The notes below the pieces were generated by a model. The model was not told the origin of the DNA and ran no database searches. It saw nothing but the letters and a program-made list of their open reading frames with translations. Positions 13,315 to 25,799 of a DNA stretch of 64,000 nucleotides are shown here, one piece after another. A program made the position numbers and the translations under genes. Numbering within the stretch: position 1 is the stretch's first letter; the number at the start of each line of letters is the position of its first letter. Source of the stretch: Escherichia coli (lineage in GTDB: Bacteria; Pseudomonadota; Gammaproteobacteria; Enterobacterales; Enterobacteriaceae); assembly GCF_001677475.2 (NCBI RefSeq), contig NZ_CP015229.1; one strand, written 5' to 3'.

Positions 13315-14013
13315 ATGGGAATTTTAAAAAGTTTATTTACGCTGGGGAAATCGTTTATATCTCAGGCGGAAGAATCCATTGAAGAAACCCAGGGCGTGCG
13401 CATGCTGGAACAGCATATTCGTGACGCTAAAGCTGAACTCGATAAAGCCGGAAAATCTCGCGTTGATCTGCTGGCGCGGGTGAAATTAAGTCACGATAAG
13501 CTGAAAGATTTACGTGAGCGCAAAGCCAGTCTGGAAGCCCGTGCGCTGGAAGCGTTAAGCAAGAACGTTAATCCGTCTTTGATTAACGAAGTTGCTGAAG
13601 AAATCGCGCGCCTTGAGAATCTCATTACCGCTGAAGAGCAAGTGTTGTCGAATCTGGAAGTCTCTCGTGATGGCGTGGAAAAAGCAGTTACAGCGACAGC
13701 GCAGCGTATCGCTCAGTTTGAGCAGCAAATGGAAGTCGTTAAAGCTACTGAAGCCATGCAGCGTGCACAACAGGCTGTAACGACCTCTACCGTTGGCGCA
13801 TCTTCCAGCGTTTCGACAGCGGCAGAATCCTTAAAACGCCTGCAAACGCGTCAGGCCGAACGTCAGGCTCGCCTGGATGCTGCCGCACAGTTGGAAAAAG
13901 TCGCAGACGGTCGCGATCTTGATGAAAAGCTGGCGGAAGCCGGAATTGGCGGTAGCAATAAAAGTAGCGCCCAGGATGTATTAGCAAGACTGCAACGCCA
14001 ACAGGGCGAGTAA
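13315..14013 (+). CDS. yjfJ: PspA/IM30-family protein YjfJ
   Basis: 232-aa coiled-coil-rich ORF typical of PspA/IM30. Confidence 0.85.
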   Translation: MGILKSLFTLGKSFISQAEESIEETQGVRMLEQHIRDAKAELDKAGKSRVDLLARVKLSHDKLKDLRERKASLEARALEALSKNVNPSLINEVAEEIARLENLITAEEQVLSNLEVSRDGVEKAVTATAQRIAQFEQQMEVVKATEAMQRAQQAVTTSTVGASSSVSTAAESLKRLQTRQAERQARLDAAAQLEKVADGRDLDEKLAEAGIGGSNKSSAQDVLARLQRQQGE

Positions 14014-14019
14014 TTTTTT

Positions 14020-14052
14020 GCCAGCCTCGCTAAAAGGCTGGCAACTATTTTA
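14020..14052 (+). terminator. stem-loop after yjfJ (possible attenuator/terminator)
   Basis: GCCAGCC-tcgctaaaa-GGCTGGC followed by weak T tract. Confidence 0.35.
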
Positions 14053-14062
14053 AGGATAAAAT

Positions 14063-14722
14063 ATGTCTGGTTTTTTCCAGCGTCTGTTTGGCAAGGATAA
14101 TAAGCCTGCTATCGCTCGCGGTCCGCTGGGACTTCATCTCAATAGTGGCTTTACGCTCGACACGTTAGCGTTTCGTTTGCTGGAAGATGAATTGCTGATT
14201 GCGCTGCCGGGTGAGGAATTTACGGTAGCCGCTGTTAGCCGCATCGATCTGGGCGGCGGTAGCCAGATTTTCCGCTACTACACTTCGGGCGATGAATTTC
14301 TGCAAATCAATACCACCGGCGGCGAAGATATTGATGACATTGATGATATCAAGCTCTTTGTCTATGAAGAGAGCTACGGTATCAGTAAAGAGAGTCACTG
14401 GCGCGAGGCGATCAACGCCAAAGCGATGGGGGCAATGACCTTAAACTGGCAGGAAAAACGCTGGCAGCGATTTTTTAACAGCGAAGAACCAGGAAATATC
14501 GAACCTATCTACATGCTGGAAAAAGTAGAAAATCAAAACCATGCCAAATGGGAGGTCCATAATTTTACCATGGGCTACCAACGGCAAGTAACCGAAGATA
14601 CTTACGAATATTTGCTGCTAAATGGTGAGGAATCTTTTAACGATCTCGGCGAGCCAGAGTGGTTATTTTCGCGCGCGTTGGGTGTCGATATCCCGCTGAC
14701 ATCACTTCATATTATTGGTTAA
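14063..14722 (+). CDS. yjfK: uncharacterized protein YjfK
   Basis: 219-aa ORF. Confidence 0.75.
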   Translation: MSGFFQRLFGKDNKPAIARGPLGLHLNSGFTLDTLAFRLLEDELLIALPGEEFTVAAVSRIDLGGGSQIFRYYTSGDEFLQINTTGGEDIDDIDDIKLFVYEESYGISKESHWREAINAKAMGAMTLNWQEKRWQRFFNSEEPGNIEPIYMLEKVENQNHAKWEVHNFTMGYQRQVTEDTYEYLLLNGEESFNDLGEPEWLFSRALGVDIPLTSLHIIG

Positions 14723-14739
14723 TTACAAGGACGTTTACA

Positions 14740-15138
14740 ATGCATATACTGGATTCACTTCTTGCCTTTAGTGCCTATTTTTTTATTGGCGTGGCTATGG
14801 TGATTATTTTTCTGTTTATCTATTCTAAAATTACACCGCACAACGAATGGCAGTTAATCAAAAACAATAATACCGCGGCGTCACTGGCGTTCAGCGGTAC
14901 ATTGTTGGGTTACGTGATCCCCTTATCCAGTGCGGCAATCAATGCGGTGAGTATTCCAGACTATTTCGCCTGGGGCGGGATCGCACTGGTGATTCAGTTA
15001 CTCGTTTTTGCTGGCGTCAGACTTTATATGCCCGCATTAAGCGAAAAAATTATTAATCACAATACCGCAGCAGGAATGTTTATGGGAACCGCCGCACTGG
15101 CTGGCGGTATTTTTAACGCAGCTTGTATGACATGGTAA
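14740..15138 (+). CDS. yjfL: inner-membrane protein YjfL
   Basis: ATG at 14740 gives MHILDSLLAFSAYFFIG, 132 aa, four hydrophobic segments; track ORF is N-extended. Confidence 0.75.
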   Translation: MHILDSLLAFSAYFFIGVAMVIIFLFIYSKITPHNEWQLIKNNNTAASLAFSGTLLGYVIPLSSAAINAVSIPDYFAWGGIALVIQLLVFAGVRLYMPALSEKIINHNTAAGMFMGTAALAGGIFNAACMTW

Positions 15139-15147
15139 TGGACGATC

Positions 15148-15786
15148 ATGGCCAGAAAACGCAAATCAAGAAATAACAGTAAAATTGGTCACGGAGCGAT
15201 CAGTCGCATTGGAAGACCGCATAATCCTTTTGAGCCGCGCCGCAATCGCTACGCACAAAAATACTTAACGTTGGTGCTAATGGGCGGTGCCGCTTTTTTA
15301 ATAGTCAAAGGATGGAGTGAAAGTAGCGATGTCGATAACGACGGCGACGGAACGTTTTACTCGACAGTGCAGGATTGTATTGATGACGGTAATAATGCAG
15401 ACATTTGTGCGCGTGGCTGGAACAATGCCAAAGCGGCATTTTATGCCGATGTTCCGAAGAATATGACTCAGCAGAATTGTCAGTCTAAGTATGAAAATTG
15501 TTACTACGACAACGTTGAACAGAGTTGGATCCCGGTTGTTTCTGGATTTTTGTTAAGCCGGGTTATTCGTAAAGATCGCGATGAGCAGTTTGTTTATAAC
15601 AGCGGCGGTTCCTCTTTTGCTTCGCGCCCCGTCTGGCGCAACACTTCCGGTGATTACTCCTGGCGCTCCGGTTCTGGCAAAAAAGAGTCCTATTCTTCGG
15701 GCGGCTTTACCACCAAAAAAGCGTCAACCGTTTCTCGCGGCGGCTATGGTCGTTCTTCCAGCGCCCGTGGGCATTGGGGAGGCTAA
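15148..15786 (+). CDS. yjfM: uncharacterized protein YjfM
   Basis: 212-aa ORF, Gly/Ser/Arg-rich C-terminus. Confidence 0.75.
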   Translation: MARKRKSRNNSKIGHGAISRIGRPHNPFEPRRNRYAQKYLTLVLMGGAAFLIVKGWSESSDVDNDGDGTFYSTVQDCIDDGNNADICARGWNNAKAAFYADVPKNMTQQNCQSKYENCYYDNVEQSWIPVVSGFLLSRVIRKDRDEQFVYNSGGSSFASRPVWRNTSGDYSWRSGSGKKESYSSGGFTTKKASTVSRGGYGRSSSARGHWGG

Positions 15787-15788
15787 TC

Positions 15789-16952
15789 ATGCTGAGACAC
15801 AACGTTCCTGTACGGCGGGATCTGGACCAGATCGCCGCTGACAACGGTTTCGACTTTCATATCATCGACAATGAAATCTATTGGGATGAGAGTCGGGCTT
15901 ACCGCTTTACCCTGCGCCAGATTGAAGAGCAGATCGAAAAACCGACTGCGGAACTGCATCAGATGTGCCTTGAGGTGGTAGATCGCTCGGTTAAAGACGA
16001 AGAGATCCTGACGCAACTGGCGATCCCTCCGTTGTACTGGGATGTGATCGCCGAAAGCTGGCGCGCACGCGATCCTTCGCTGTATGGCCGGATGGATTTT
16101 GCCTGGTGTGGCAATGCGCCGGTGAAGCTGCTGGAGTACAACGCCGATACGCCAACCTCGTTGTATGAATCGGCTTATTTCCAGTGGCTGTGGCTGGAAG
16201 ATGCCCGGCGCAGCGGCATTATTCCGCGTGATGCCGATCAGTACAATGCCATTCAGGAACGCCTGATTTCGCGCTTTAGTGAGCTTTACAGTCGGGACCC
16301 GTTTTATTTTTGCTGCTGTCAGGACACCGATGAAGACAGGAGTACCGTGCTGTACTTGCAGGACTGCGCCCAGCAGGCTGGGCAGGAGTCGCGGTTTATC
16401 TACATTGAAGATCTCGGTTTGGGCGTCGGCGGTGTGCTGACCGATCTTGATGATAATGTCATCCAGCGTGCATTTAAGCTGTATCCGCTGGAGTGGATGA
16501 TGCGTGACGATAACGGTCCGCTGCTGCGCAAGCGCCGCGAGCAATGGGTGGAGCCGTTATGGAAAAGTATCTTGAGCAACAAAGGGTTAATGCCGCTGCT
16601 TTGGCGCTTCTTTCCTGGTCATCCTAACCTTCTTGCATCCTGGTTTGAGGGCGAAAAACCGCAGATTGCCGCTGGCGAAAGCTATGTGCGTAAACCGATC
16701 TACTCACGCGAAGGCGGAAACGTCACCATTTTCGACGGTCAGAATAACGTCGTTGACCACGCTGATGGTGATTACGCCGATGAACCGATGATCTACCAGG
16801 CGTTTCAACCTCTGCCGCGATTTGGCGATAGCTACACACTCATCGGTAGTTGGATTGTCGATGATGAAGCGTGCGGAATGGGGATCCGTGAAGATAACAC
16901 GCTGATCACCAAAGACACCTCACGTTTCGTTCCGCATTACATTGCTGGATAA
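15789..16952 (+). CDS. yjfC: glutathionylspermidine-synthase-like (ATP-grasp) protein YjfC
   Basis: 387-aa ORF from MLRHNVPVRRDLDQ. Confidence 0.8.
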   Translation: MLRHNVPVRRDLDQIAADNGFDFHIIDNEIYWDESRAYRFTLRQIEEQIEKPTAELHQMCLEVVDRSVKDEEILTQLAIPPLYWDVIAESWRARDPSLYGRMDFAWCGNAPVKLLEYNADTPTSLYESAYFQWLWLEDARRSGIIPRDADQYNAIQERLISRFSELYSRDPFYFCCCQDTDEDRSTVLYLQDCAQQAGQESRFIYIEDLGLGVGGVLTDLDDNVIQRAFKLYPLEWMMRDDNGPLLRKRREQWVEPLWKSILSNKGLMPLLWRFFPGHPNLLASWFEGEKPQIAAGESYVRKPIYSREGGNVTIFDGQNNVVDHADGDYADEPMIYQAFQPLPRFGDSYTLIGSWIVDDEACGMGIREDNTLITKDTSRFVPHYIAG

Positions 16953-17035
16953 GAATGTTTTAGCAATCTCTTTCTGTCAGGAATCCATGGCAGTGACCAT
17001 ACTAATGGTGACTGCCATTGATGGAGGGAGACACA

Positions 17036-18661
17036 GTGCACTGGCAAACTCACACCGTTTTTAATCAACCTATACCATTAAATAACAGCAATTTATACCT
17101 GTCTGATGGCGCGCTCTGTGAAGCGGTAACACGTGAAGGTGCTGGCTGGGATAGCGATTTTCTAGCCAGTATTGGTCAGCAGTTAGGAACGGCTGAATCT
17201 CTTGAACTGGGGCGGCTGGCGAATGTGAATCCGCCTGAATTATTGCGCTACGATGCGCAAGGACGCCATCTGGATGATGTGCGTTTTCACCCCGCCTGGC
17301 ACCTGCTGATGCAGGCGCTATGTACCAACCGGGTGCACAATCTTGCCTGGGAAGAAGACGCTCGCTCCGGCGCATTTGTGGCGCGCGCGGCGCGTTTTAT
17401 GTTGCACGCACAGGTTGAGGCAGGGTCGTTATGTCCGATAACGATGACCTTTGCCGCCACGCCATTGCTGTTACAGATGTTACCCGCGCCGTTTCAGGAC
17501 TGGACCACGCCGCTGTTGAGCGATCGCTACGATTCTCACTTATTGCCAGGTGGGCAAAAACGCGGTTTGTTGATTGGCATGGGAATGACGGAAAAGCAGG
17601 GCGGTTCCGATGTCATGAGCAACACCACCCGCGCAGAGCGCCTGGAAGATGGCTCTTATCGGCTGGTGGGGCATAAATGGTTTTTCTCGGTGCCGCAAAG
17701 CGATGCGCATCTGGTGCTGGCGCAGACTACAGGCGGTTTGTCCTGCTTTTTTGTGCCGCGCTTTTTGCCTGACGGGCAACGCAACGCGATTCGCCTCGAG
17801 CGGCTGAAAGATAAGCTGGGGAATCGCTCTAACGCCAGCTGCGAAGTGGAGTTTCAGGATGCCATTGGCTGGTTGTTGGGGCAGGAAGGGGAAGGAATTC
17901 GTCTGATCCTGAAAATGGGTGGGATGACGCGTTTTGATTGCGCCCTGGGTAGCCATGCCATGATGCGCCGTGCATTTTCGCTGGCGATTTATCATGCACA
18001 TCAACGCCATGTTTTTGGTAATCCATTGATCCAACAGCCCCTTATGCGTCATGTCTTAAGTCGCATGGCACTTCAGCTTGAAGGGCAAACGGCGTTGCTG
18101 TTTCGTCTTGCGCGAGCGTGGGACCGGCGTGCCGATGCCAAAGAAGCCCTGTGGGCGCGTTTATTTACGCCTGCGGCGAAATTTGTGATCTGCAAACGAG
18201 GTATGCCGTTTGTGGCCGAAGCGATGGAGGTGCTGGGCGGCATTGGTTATTGCGAGGAGAGCGAGCTGCCGCGGCTTTACCGGGAGATGCCGGTAAACAG
18301 TATTTGGGAAGGTTCCGGTAATATTATGTGCCTGGATGTACTGCGCGTGCTCAATAAGCAAGCGGGTGTATACGACTTATTGTCGGAAGCATTTGTGGAA
18401 GTGAAAGGGCAGGATCGCTATTTTGATCGCGCGGTTCGTCGTTTACAGCAGCAGCTGCGTAAGCCAGCTGAAGAACTGGGGCGAGAGATTACTCATCAGC
18501 TATTCCTGCTGGGCTGCGGTGCGCAAATGTTGAAATATGCCTCTCCGCCAATGGCGCAGGCGTGGTGTCAGGTGATGTTAGATACGCGCGGCGGCGTACG
18601 GTTGTCAGAGCAGATCCAGAATGATTTATTACTGCGGGCGACGGGAGGAGTGTGTGTGTAA
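17036..18661 (+). CDS. aidB: adaptive-response acyl-CoA-dehydrogenase-like protein AidB
   Basis: 541 aa from an apparent GTG start (..HWQTHTVFNQP); acyl-CoA dehydrogenase fold. Confidence 0.9.
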   Translation: MHWQTHTVFNQPIPLNNSNLYLSDGALCEAVTREGAGWDSDFLASIGQQLGTAESLELGRLANVNPPELLRYDAQGRHLDDVRFHPAWHLLMQALCTNRVHNLAWEEDARSGAFVARAARFMLHAQVEAGSLCPITMTFAATPLLLQMLPAPFQDWTTPLLSDRYDSHLLPGGQKRGLLIGMGMTEKQGGSDVMSNTTRAERLEDGSYRLVGHKWFFSVPQSDAHLVLAQTTGGLSCFFVPRFLPDGQRNAIRLERLKDKLGNRSNASCEVEFQDAIGWLLGQEGEGIRLILKMGGMTRFDCALGSHAMMRRAFSLAIYHAHQRHVFGNPLIQQPLMRHVLSRMALQLEGQTALLFRLARAWDRRADAKEALWARLFTPAAKFVICKRGMPFVAEAMEVLGGIGYCEESELPRLYREMPVNSIWEGSGNIMCLDVLRVLNKQAGVYDLLSEAFVEVKGQDRYFDRAVRRLQQQLRKPAEELGREITHQLFLLGCGAQMLKYASPPMAQAWCQVMLDTRGGVRLSEQIQNDLLLRATGGVCV

Positions 18662-18720
18662 GCGTATACGACTGATGCGACGCTGGTTTCGATTAACTCA
18701 ATGAAATATGTGAAAATTGT

Positions 18721-18752
18721 AGGCCGGATAAGGCGCTTGCGCCGCATCCGGC
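18721..18752. repeat. REP element
   Basis: GGCCGGATAAGGCGCTTGCGCCGCATCCGGC. Confidence 0.55.
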
Positions 18753-18777
18753 ATTGTTCATTTGCTGTAGATGACAC

Positions 18778-19053
18778 TCACGCATACAGTATCGCCTGCA
18801 CGCGCCAGTTATCAGGCTGCTGGTCTTCGTACATGGTAATAATGCGGTACCATGACGCACCTTGTTCTTCGGCCTTTAACGCCACGATACGTTCCACGTC
18901 CTGCGGATCCCCTGAAATATTGCTAACTGAGATCTGACCTATTTCATTCAGGCCCGTCACGCAGTCAGCACTGGCGAATTCTGCAGACTGTGCCGTGGCG
19001 CTCGCAGGATAAGTCACTAATTGCAGCGAGGGTGAGGCAAGTAATTGTTTCAT
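18778..19053 (-). CDS. yjfN: YjfN (DUF1471/YdgH-BhsA-McbA-like small periplasmic protein)
   Basis: 91 aa from MKQLLASPSLQLVT with signal peptide; track ORF is N-extended. Confidence 0.75.
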   Translation of the reverse strand: MKQLLASPSLQLVTYPASATAQSAEFASADCVTGLNEIGQISVSNISGDPQDVERIVALKAEEQGASWYRIITMYEDQQPDNWRVQAILYA

Positions 19054-19212
19054 CGTCAGCTCCATTTTTCGTTTCCCCACATGTTGCAGGGCATTCCATC
19101 GCGGTAATAAACGCCCGAGCTTCCAGCCGGTAATTTATTGTGCACAGGTAAACGCATAGGGACGCAAAGCAATGTAAAGCTGACTATGTAAGTTGTCTGA
19201 TTTATTTACGGT

Positions 19213-19400
19213 ATATACTCGTCATACTTCAAGTTGCATGTGCTGCGCCTGCGTTCACTCACCCCAGTCACTTACTTATGTAAGCTCCTGGGGATTCACT
19301 CGCTTGTCGCGTTACTCGGCCTGAGGCCTCGCCCTTTCAGGGCCAACGCAAGCGTTGTTCAAAACGCCCCTGCCGTTTTGTCCTGCAACTCGAATTATTT
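19213..19400. repeat. ERIC/IRU element (enlarged variant)
   Basis: Contains both ERIC primer-site motifs: ATGTAAGCTCCTGGGGATTCAC and reverse complement of AAGTAAGTGACTGGGGTGAG, flanked by GCAACTTGAAGTATGACGAGTATA-like ends. Confidence 0.6.
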
Positions 19401-19724
19401 AGAGTATAAAATGGCTTGTGAATACCACTGTCCTGTCACGATGGTTTCGTCCACCATGACGACAACGTAATAATCAGCTTTTGCAGCGACAGCTTTCGCT
19501 CTGATTTCTGCTAATGCGTCATCCGGAGAACCCCGAACCATCGTGCTTACGCTACCTATTCGCTGTAACCCTTGCGTCTGGTCGCGGCGAATCTCTTGCG
19601 GATGGTCCGTTACTGGCGGTGCTGGCTGTGGCGTACCTTGCAGTGCGCTACAGGCACTTAACATCAACACCAATAATAAACTGGCAAACCGGTAAATAAC
19701 GCTATTACGTTTCCTGCTAACCAT
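19395..19724 (-). CDS. bsmA: biofilm stress and motility lipoprotein BsmA (YjfO)
   Basis: 109 aa from MVSRKRNSVIYRFASLLLVLMLSAC (lipobox LSAC). Confidence 0.75.
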   Translation of the reverse strand: MVSRKRNSVIYRFASLLLVLMLSACSALQGTPQPAPPVTDHPQEIRRDQTQGLQRIGSVSTMVRGSPDDALAEIRAKAVAAKADYYVVVMVDETIVTGQWYSQAILYSK

Positions 19725-19905
19725 AGTGTAGTGCCTTATTAATTTAACTTTGGGGGAATGTTCCCGAATTGTTACCTGGTACGCGATTTTCGAATGAAAA
19801 CGTGACGAAAGCGTAACCCACATCTCAACATTATGAACTAATACCGCCAGCAGAAACTTGTGCTAAGGATTTCTTCATGTCATACCAGACAAAAAGGAGA
19901 GACAG

Positions 19906-20655
19906 ATGATTGAAATAGAATCACGCGAGCTGGCAGATATTCCCGTTCTTCACGCTTATCCCACAGGGCAAAAAGAAACACCGTTACCATGCGTGATTTT
20001 TTATCACGGCTTTACTTCATCCAGCCTGGTGTATAGCTATTTTGCCGTCGCGTTGGCACAGGCTGGTTTGCGGGTGATTATGCCGGATGCGCCCGATCAC
20101 GGTAGCCGTTTTAGTGGCGACGCACCGCGACGGTTAAATCAATTCTGGCAAATCTTGCTACAAAGTATGCAGGAATTCACTACCTTACGTGCGGCAATAG
20201 CCGAAGAAAACTGGCTGCTTGATGACCGTCTGGCAGTCGGTGGCGCGTCGATGGGCGCGATGACGGCACTGGGGATTATCGCTCGCCACCCCACGGTGAA
20301 ATGTACCGCCAGTATGATGGGATCGGGCTATTTTACATCGCTCGCCCATTCACTGTTTCCACCGCTGATACCTGAAACGGCAGCACAGCAGAATGAATTC
20401 AATAACATTATCGCGCCGCTGGCAGAGTGGGAAGCGACAAACCACCTGGAACAACTTGGTGACAGACCTCTACTGCTGTGGCATGGCCTCGACGATGACG
20501 TTGTGCCTGCCGATGAATCACTACGTTTGCAGCAGGCCTTAAGCGAGACGGGACGGGATAAACTGCTAACCTGTTCATGGCAACCAGGCGTGCGTCACCG
20601 CATTACGCCTGAGGCGTTAGATGCTGCCGTGACATTTTTCCGCCAGCATCTTTAA
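19906..20655 (+). CDS. yjfP: alpha/beta-hydrolase esterase YjfP
   Basis: 249-aa ORF with GxSxG-type nucleophile elbow (GGASMG). Confidence 0.85.
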
Positions 20656-21407
20656 ACACGCAGAATGCTGACCCCTTGCGCTTCCAGTTGTTGCAGGATT
20701 TCCGGGTTAGCATTTTTGCCGGTGATAAGCATATCGATTTGATCGGCACGGCTAAAAAGCATTCCCGCGCGTTCGCCAATCTTACTGCTATCAACCAGTA
20801 CCACCAGTTTCCCTACCACGCTCAGCATCTTCTGCTCTGCCATTGCCGTCAGCATATCGGTTTTATACAACCCTTCTGCGGTCAGTCCTTTGCCGCTGGT
20901 AAACATCCAGTGCCCGGCATAGAGACTGTTTTCGCTGCCCTGCGGGCTTAAAGTGATGGACTGACTTTTGTTGTACTGTCCACCCATAATGATCACGCTG
21001 TCATGTTCTTGATCGATCAGGTAATTTGCCAGCGGTAGATAATTAGTGATGATTTGAACTGGCTTGCCACACATTTCCCGCCCAAGCAGAAACGCAGTGG
21101 AGCCGCAGTTGATGACTACGCTTTCGCCCGGATTAACCAGCTGCGAGGCCGCTTTAGCAATACGTACTTTTTCATCGTGATTCTGCGCCTGATGCAGATT
21201 CATCGGCGTCCAGCGCGGGCGCTGTTGGGTAATAGCTTCTGCGCCATTGCGCACTTTTTTCAGTTTGCCGCTTTCGTCAAGTTTATTGATATCGCGTCGC
21301 GCAGTAGCAGGCGAAATTCCCAGACGCTCAACGACTTTCTCAACGGTCACAAAGCCCAATTGTGCGAGCATTTCCAGGAGGATTTGATGTCTTTGTGCTT
21401 CAGTCAT
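20652..21407 (-). CDS. ulaR: DeoR-family repressor of the ula operon
   Basis: 251-aa ORF with N-terminal HTH and DeoR-type sugar-phosphate-binding C-terminal domain. Confidence 0.9.
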
Positions 21408-21514
21408 GAGCTATTCCGATAAAATTTGATTTTTTTAGATGATATTTGAAATAGCCAGGAAATACTACGCCGGATAGCGCGAACTACTCCACGCTATCCG
21501 GTATAAACGACAGA

Positions 21515-22579
21515 TTACAGGAATGACTTGAACGGCAGATCCGGTTCAATAGTGAAGCAATCATCGAAACCACGCGGATAGTGGTACTCGAAGTTGTCTT
21601 TATCCAACGGCCAGGTAAATTTGCCGCCCACCTGCCAGATAAACGGCTTGAAGCCATACTTCAGACGATCTTTTTTCATCTCCCACAGCACGCGGATTTC
21701 TTGCGGATCGGCCTGGAAGTTTGACCAGATGTCGTGGTGGAACGGGATAACCACTTTCGCATTCAGGGCTTCACCCATACGCAGCATATCGGCGCTGGTC
21801 ATTTTGTCGGTAATACCGCGCGGGTTCTCACCGTACGATCCTAACGCCACATCGATCTGATGTTCGTTACCGTGCTTCGCATAATAGTTAGAGTAGTGGG
21901 AATCGCCACTGTGATACAGGGAACCGCCAGGGGTTTTGAACAGGTAGTTTACTGCGCGATCGTCCATGCCATCTGGCAGTACGCCAGCTGCTTTTTGATC
22001 GGCAGGCAGGGTGATCAGTGCAGTACGGTCGAAAGCGTCAAGCGCATGAATTTCAATGTCTTTCACTTTTACAACATCGCCCGGTTTGACCACGATGCAA
22101 CGCTCTTTCGGTACGCCCCAGCCAATCCACAAATCAACGCAGGTTTTCGGTCCAATGAACGGTACGTCATCATCACAGTTCTGCATCACGGCAGCAGCGA
22201 CGTTAACGTCGATATGATCGTTGTGATCGTGAGTCGCCAGTACCGCGTCGATCTGGCGAATCGCAAACGGATCAAGAACAAACGGGGTGGTGCGCAGGTT
22301 TGGCTGCAGTTTTTTCACGCCAGCCATGCGCTGCATCTGGTGACCCTGTTTCATTAACGGATTACCGTGACTTTGTTTGCCAGTGCCGCACCAGAAATCA
22401 ACGCAAACGTTGGTGCCACCTTCTGATTTCAGCCAGATCCCGGTGCAGCCTAGCCACCACATCGCAAATGTGCCAGGGGCGACCTGCTCTTGTTCAATTT
22501 CTTCATTCAGCCAGCTACCCCACTCCGGGAAAGTGCTCAGGATCCAGGATTCTCGGGTGATACTTTTCACTTTACTCAT
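21515..22579 (-). CDS. ulaG: L-ascorbate-6-phosphate lactonase (metallo-beta-lactamase fold)
   Basis: 354 aa from [21 protein letters not shown]; HxHxDH motif (HDHNDH). Confidence 0.9.
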   Translation of the reverse strand: MSKVKSITRESWILSTFPEWGSWLNEEIEQEQVAPGTFAMWWLGCTGIWLKSEGGTNVCVDFWCGTGKQSHGNPLMKQGHQMQRMAGVKKLQPNLRTTPFVLDPFAIRQIDAVLATHDHNDHIDVNVAAAVMQNCDDDVPFIGPKTCVDLWIGWGVPKERCIVVKPGDVVKVKDIEIHALDAFDRTALITLPADQKAAGVLPDGMDDRAVNYLFKTPGGSLYHSGDSHYSNYYAKHGNEHQIDVALGSYGENPRGITDKMTSADMLRMGEALNAKVVIPFHHDIWSNFQADPQEIRVLWEMKKDRLKYGFKPFIWQVGGKFTWPLDKDNFEYHYPRGFDDCFTIEPDLPFKSFL

Positions 22580-24331
<1,752 letters not shown>

Positions 24332-24346
24332 TAAGGAGTTTTGATT

Positions 24347-24652
24347 ATGACCGTACGTATTCTGGCTGTGTGTGGCAACGGACAAGGCAGTTCCATGATC
24401 ATGAAGATGAAAGTGGACCAGTTTTTAACCCAATCAAACATTGACCACACGGTAAATAGCTGCGCGGTTGGCGAATACAAAAGCGAGTTGAGCGGCGCGG
24501 ATATCATCATCGCTTCTACGCACATTGCGGGCGAAATCACCGTGACCGGCAACAAATACGTGGTTGGCGTGCGCAACATGCTCTCTCCTGCTGACTTTGG
24601 CCCGAAACTGCTGGAAGTGATCAAAGAGCATTTCCCGCAGGATGTGAAGTAA
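24347..24652 (+). CDS. ulaB: ascorbate PTS EIIB component
   Basis: 101 aa from [16 protein letters not shown]. Confidence 0.9.
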
Positions 24653-24661
24653 GGACGCGCC

Positions 24662-25126
24662 ATGAAATTACGTGATTCGCTGGCGGAAAATAAATCCATC
24701 CGCCTGCAGGCTGAAGCTGAGACATGGCAGGACGCAGTGAAAATCGGCGTTGACCTGCTGGTGGCGGCGGATGTTGTCGAGCCGCGTTACTACCAGGCGA
24801 TTCTGGATGCGGTTGAACAGCACGGTCCGTACTTTGTGCTCGCACCTGGCCTGGCAATGCCGCACGGTCGTCCGGAAGAGGGTGTTAAGAAAACCGGTTT
24901 TGCGCTGGTGACGCTGAAAAAGCCGCTGGAGTTCAACCACGAAGATAACGACCCGGTGGATATCCTCATCACTATGGCGGCGGTTGATGCCAACACCCAC
25001 CAGGAAGTGGGCATCATGCAGATCGTCAACCTGTTTGAAGATGAAGAGAATTTCGACCGTTTACGTGCCTGCCGTACCGAGCAGGAAGTACTGGATCTCA
25101 TTGACCGCACCAACGCGGCAGCTTAA
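24662..25126 (+). CDS. ulaC: ascorbate PTS EIIA component
   Basis: 154-aa ORF. Confidence 0.9.
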   Translation: MKLRDSLAENKSIRLQAEAETWQDAVKIGVDLLVAADVVEPRYYQAILDAVEQHGPYFVLAPGLAMPHGRPEEGVKKTGFALVTLKKPLEFNHEDNDPVDILITMAAVDANTHQEVGIMQIVNLFEDEENFDRLRACRTEQEVLDLIDRTNAAA

Positions 25127-25139
25127 GAAGGAATTGAAA

Positions 25140-25790
25140 ATGTCATTACCGATGTTGCAAGTCGCGCTGGACAACCAGACTATGGATAGCGCCTACGAAA
25201 CCACTCGCCTGATTGCCGAAGAAGTCGACATTATCGAAGTGGGCACCATTCTGTGCGTGGGCGAAGGCGTGCGTGCGGTTCGCGATCTGAAAGCGCTTTA
25301 CCCGCACAAAATCGTTCTGGCAGACGCCAAAATTGCCGATGCGGGCAAAATCCTCTCTCGTATGTGCTTCGAAGCCAACGCTGACTGGGTGACCGTTATT
25401 TGCTGTGCGGATATCAACACCGCCAAAGGTGCTCTGGACGTTGCAAAAGAGTTTAACGGCGACGTGCAGATCGAACTGACCGGTTACTGGACCTGGGAAC
25501 AGGCGCAGCAGTGGCGCGACGCAGGCATTCAGCAGGTGGTTTATCACCGCAGCCGTGACGCACAGGCCGCAGGCGTAGCGTGGGGCGAAGCGGACATTAC
25601 CGCGATCAAACGTCTTTCCGATATGGGCTTCAAAGTGACCGTCACTGGTGGCCTGGCGCTGGAAGATCTGCCGCTGTTCAAAGGCATTCCGATTCATGTG
25701 TTTATCGCTGGTCGCAGCATCCGTGATGCCGCTTCTCCGGTTGAAGCCGCGCGTCAGTTCAAACGTTCCATCGCCGAACTGTGGGGCTAA
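25140..25790 (+). CDS. ulaD: 3-keto-L-gulonate-6-phosphate decarboxylase
   Basis: 216 aa from [16 protein letters not shown]. Confidence 0.9.
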   Translation: MSLPMLQVALDNQTMDSAYETTRLIAEEVDIIEVGTILCVGEGVRAVRDLKALYPHKIVLADAKIADAGKILSRMCFEANADWVTVICCADINTAKGALDVAKEFNGDVQIELTGYWTWEQAQQWRDAGIQQVVYHRSRDAQAAGVAWGEADITAIKRLSDMGFKVTVTGGLALEDLPLFKGIPIHVFIAGRSIRDAASPVEAARQFKRSIAELWG

Positions 25791-25799
25791 GGAGCGGAT

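Noticed and set aside
14659-14739. N-terminal extension of yjfL overlapping the yjfK 3' end
   Set aside because: The hydrophobic protein starts cleanly at ATG 14740; the extension would overlap yjfK by about 60 bp in another frame.
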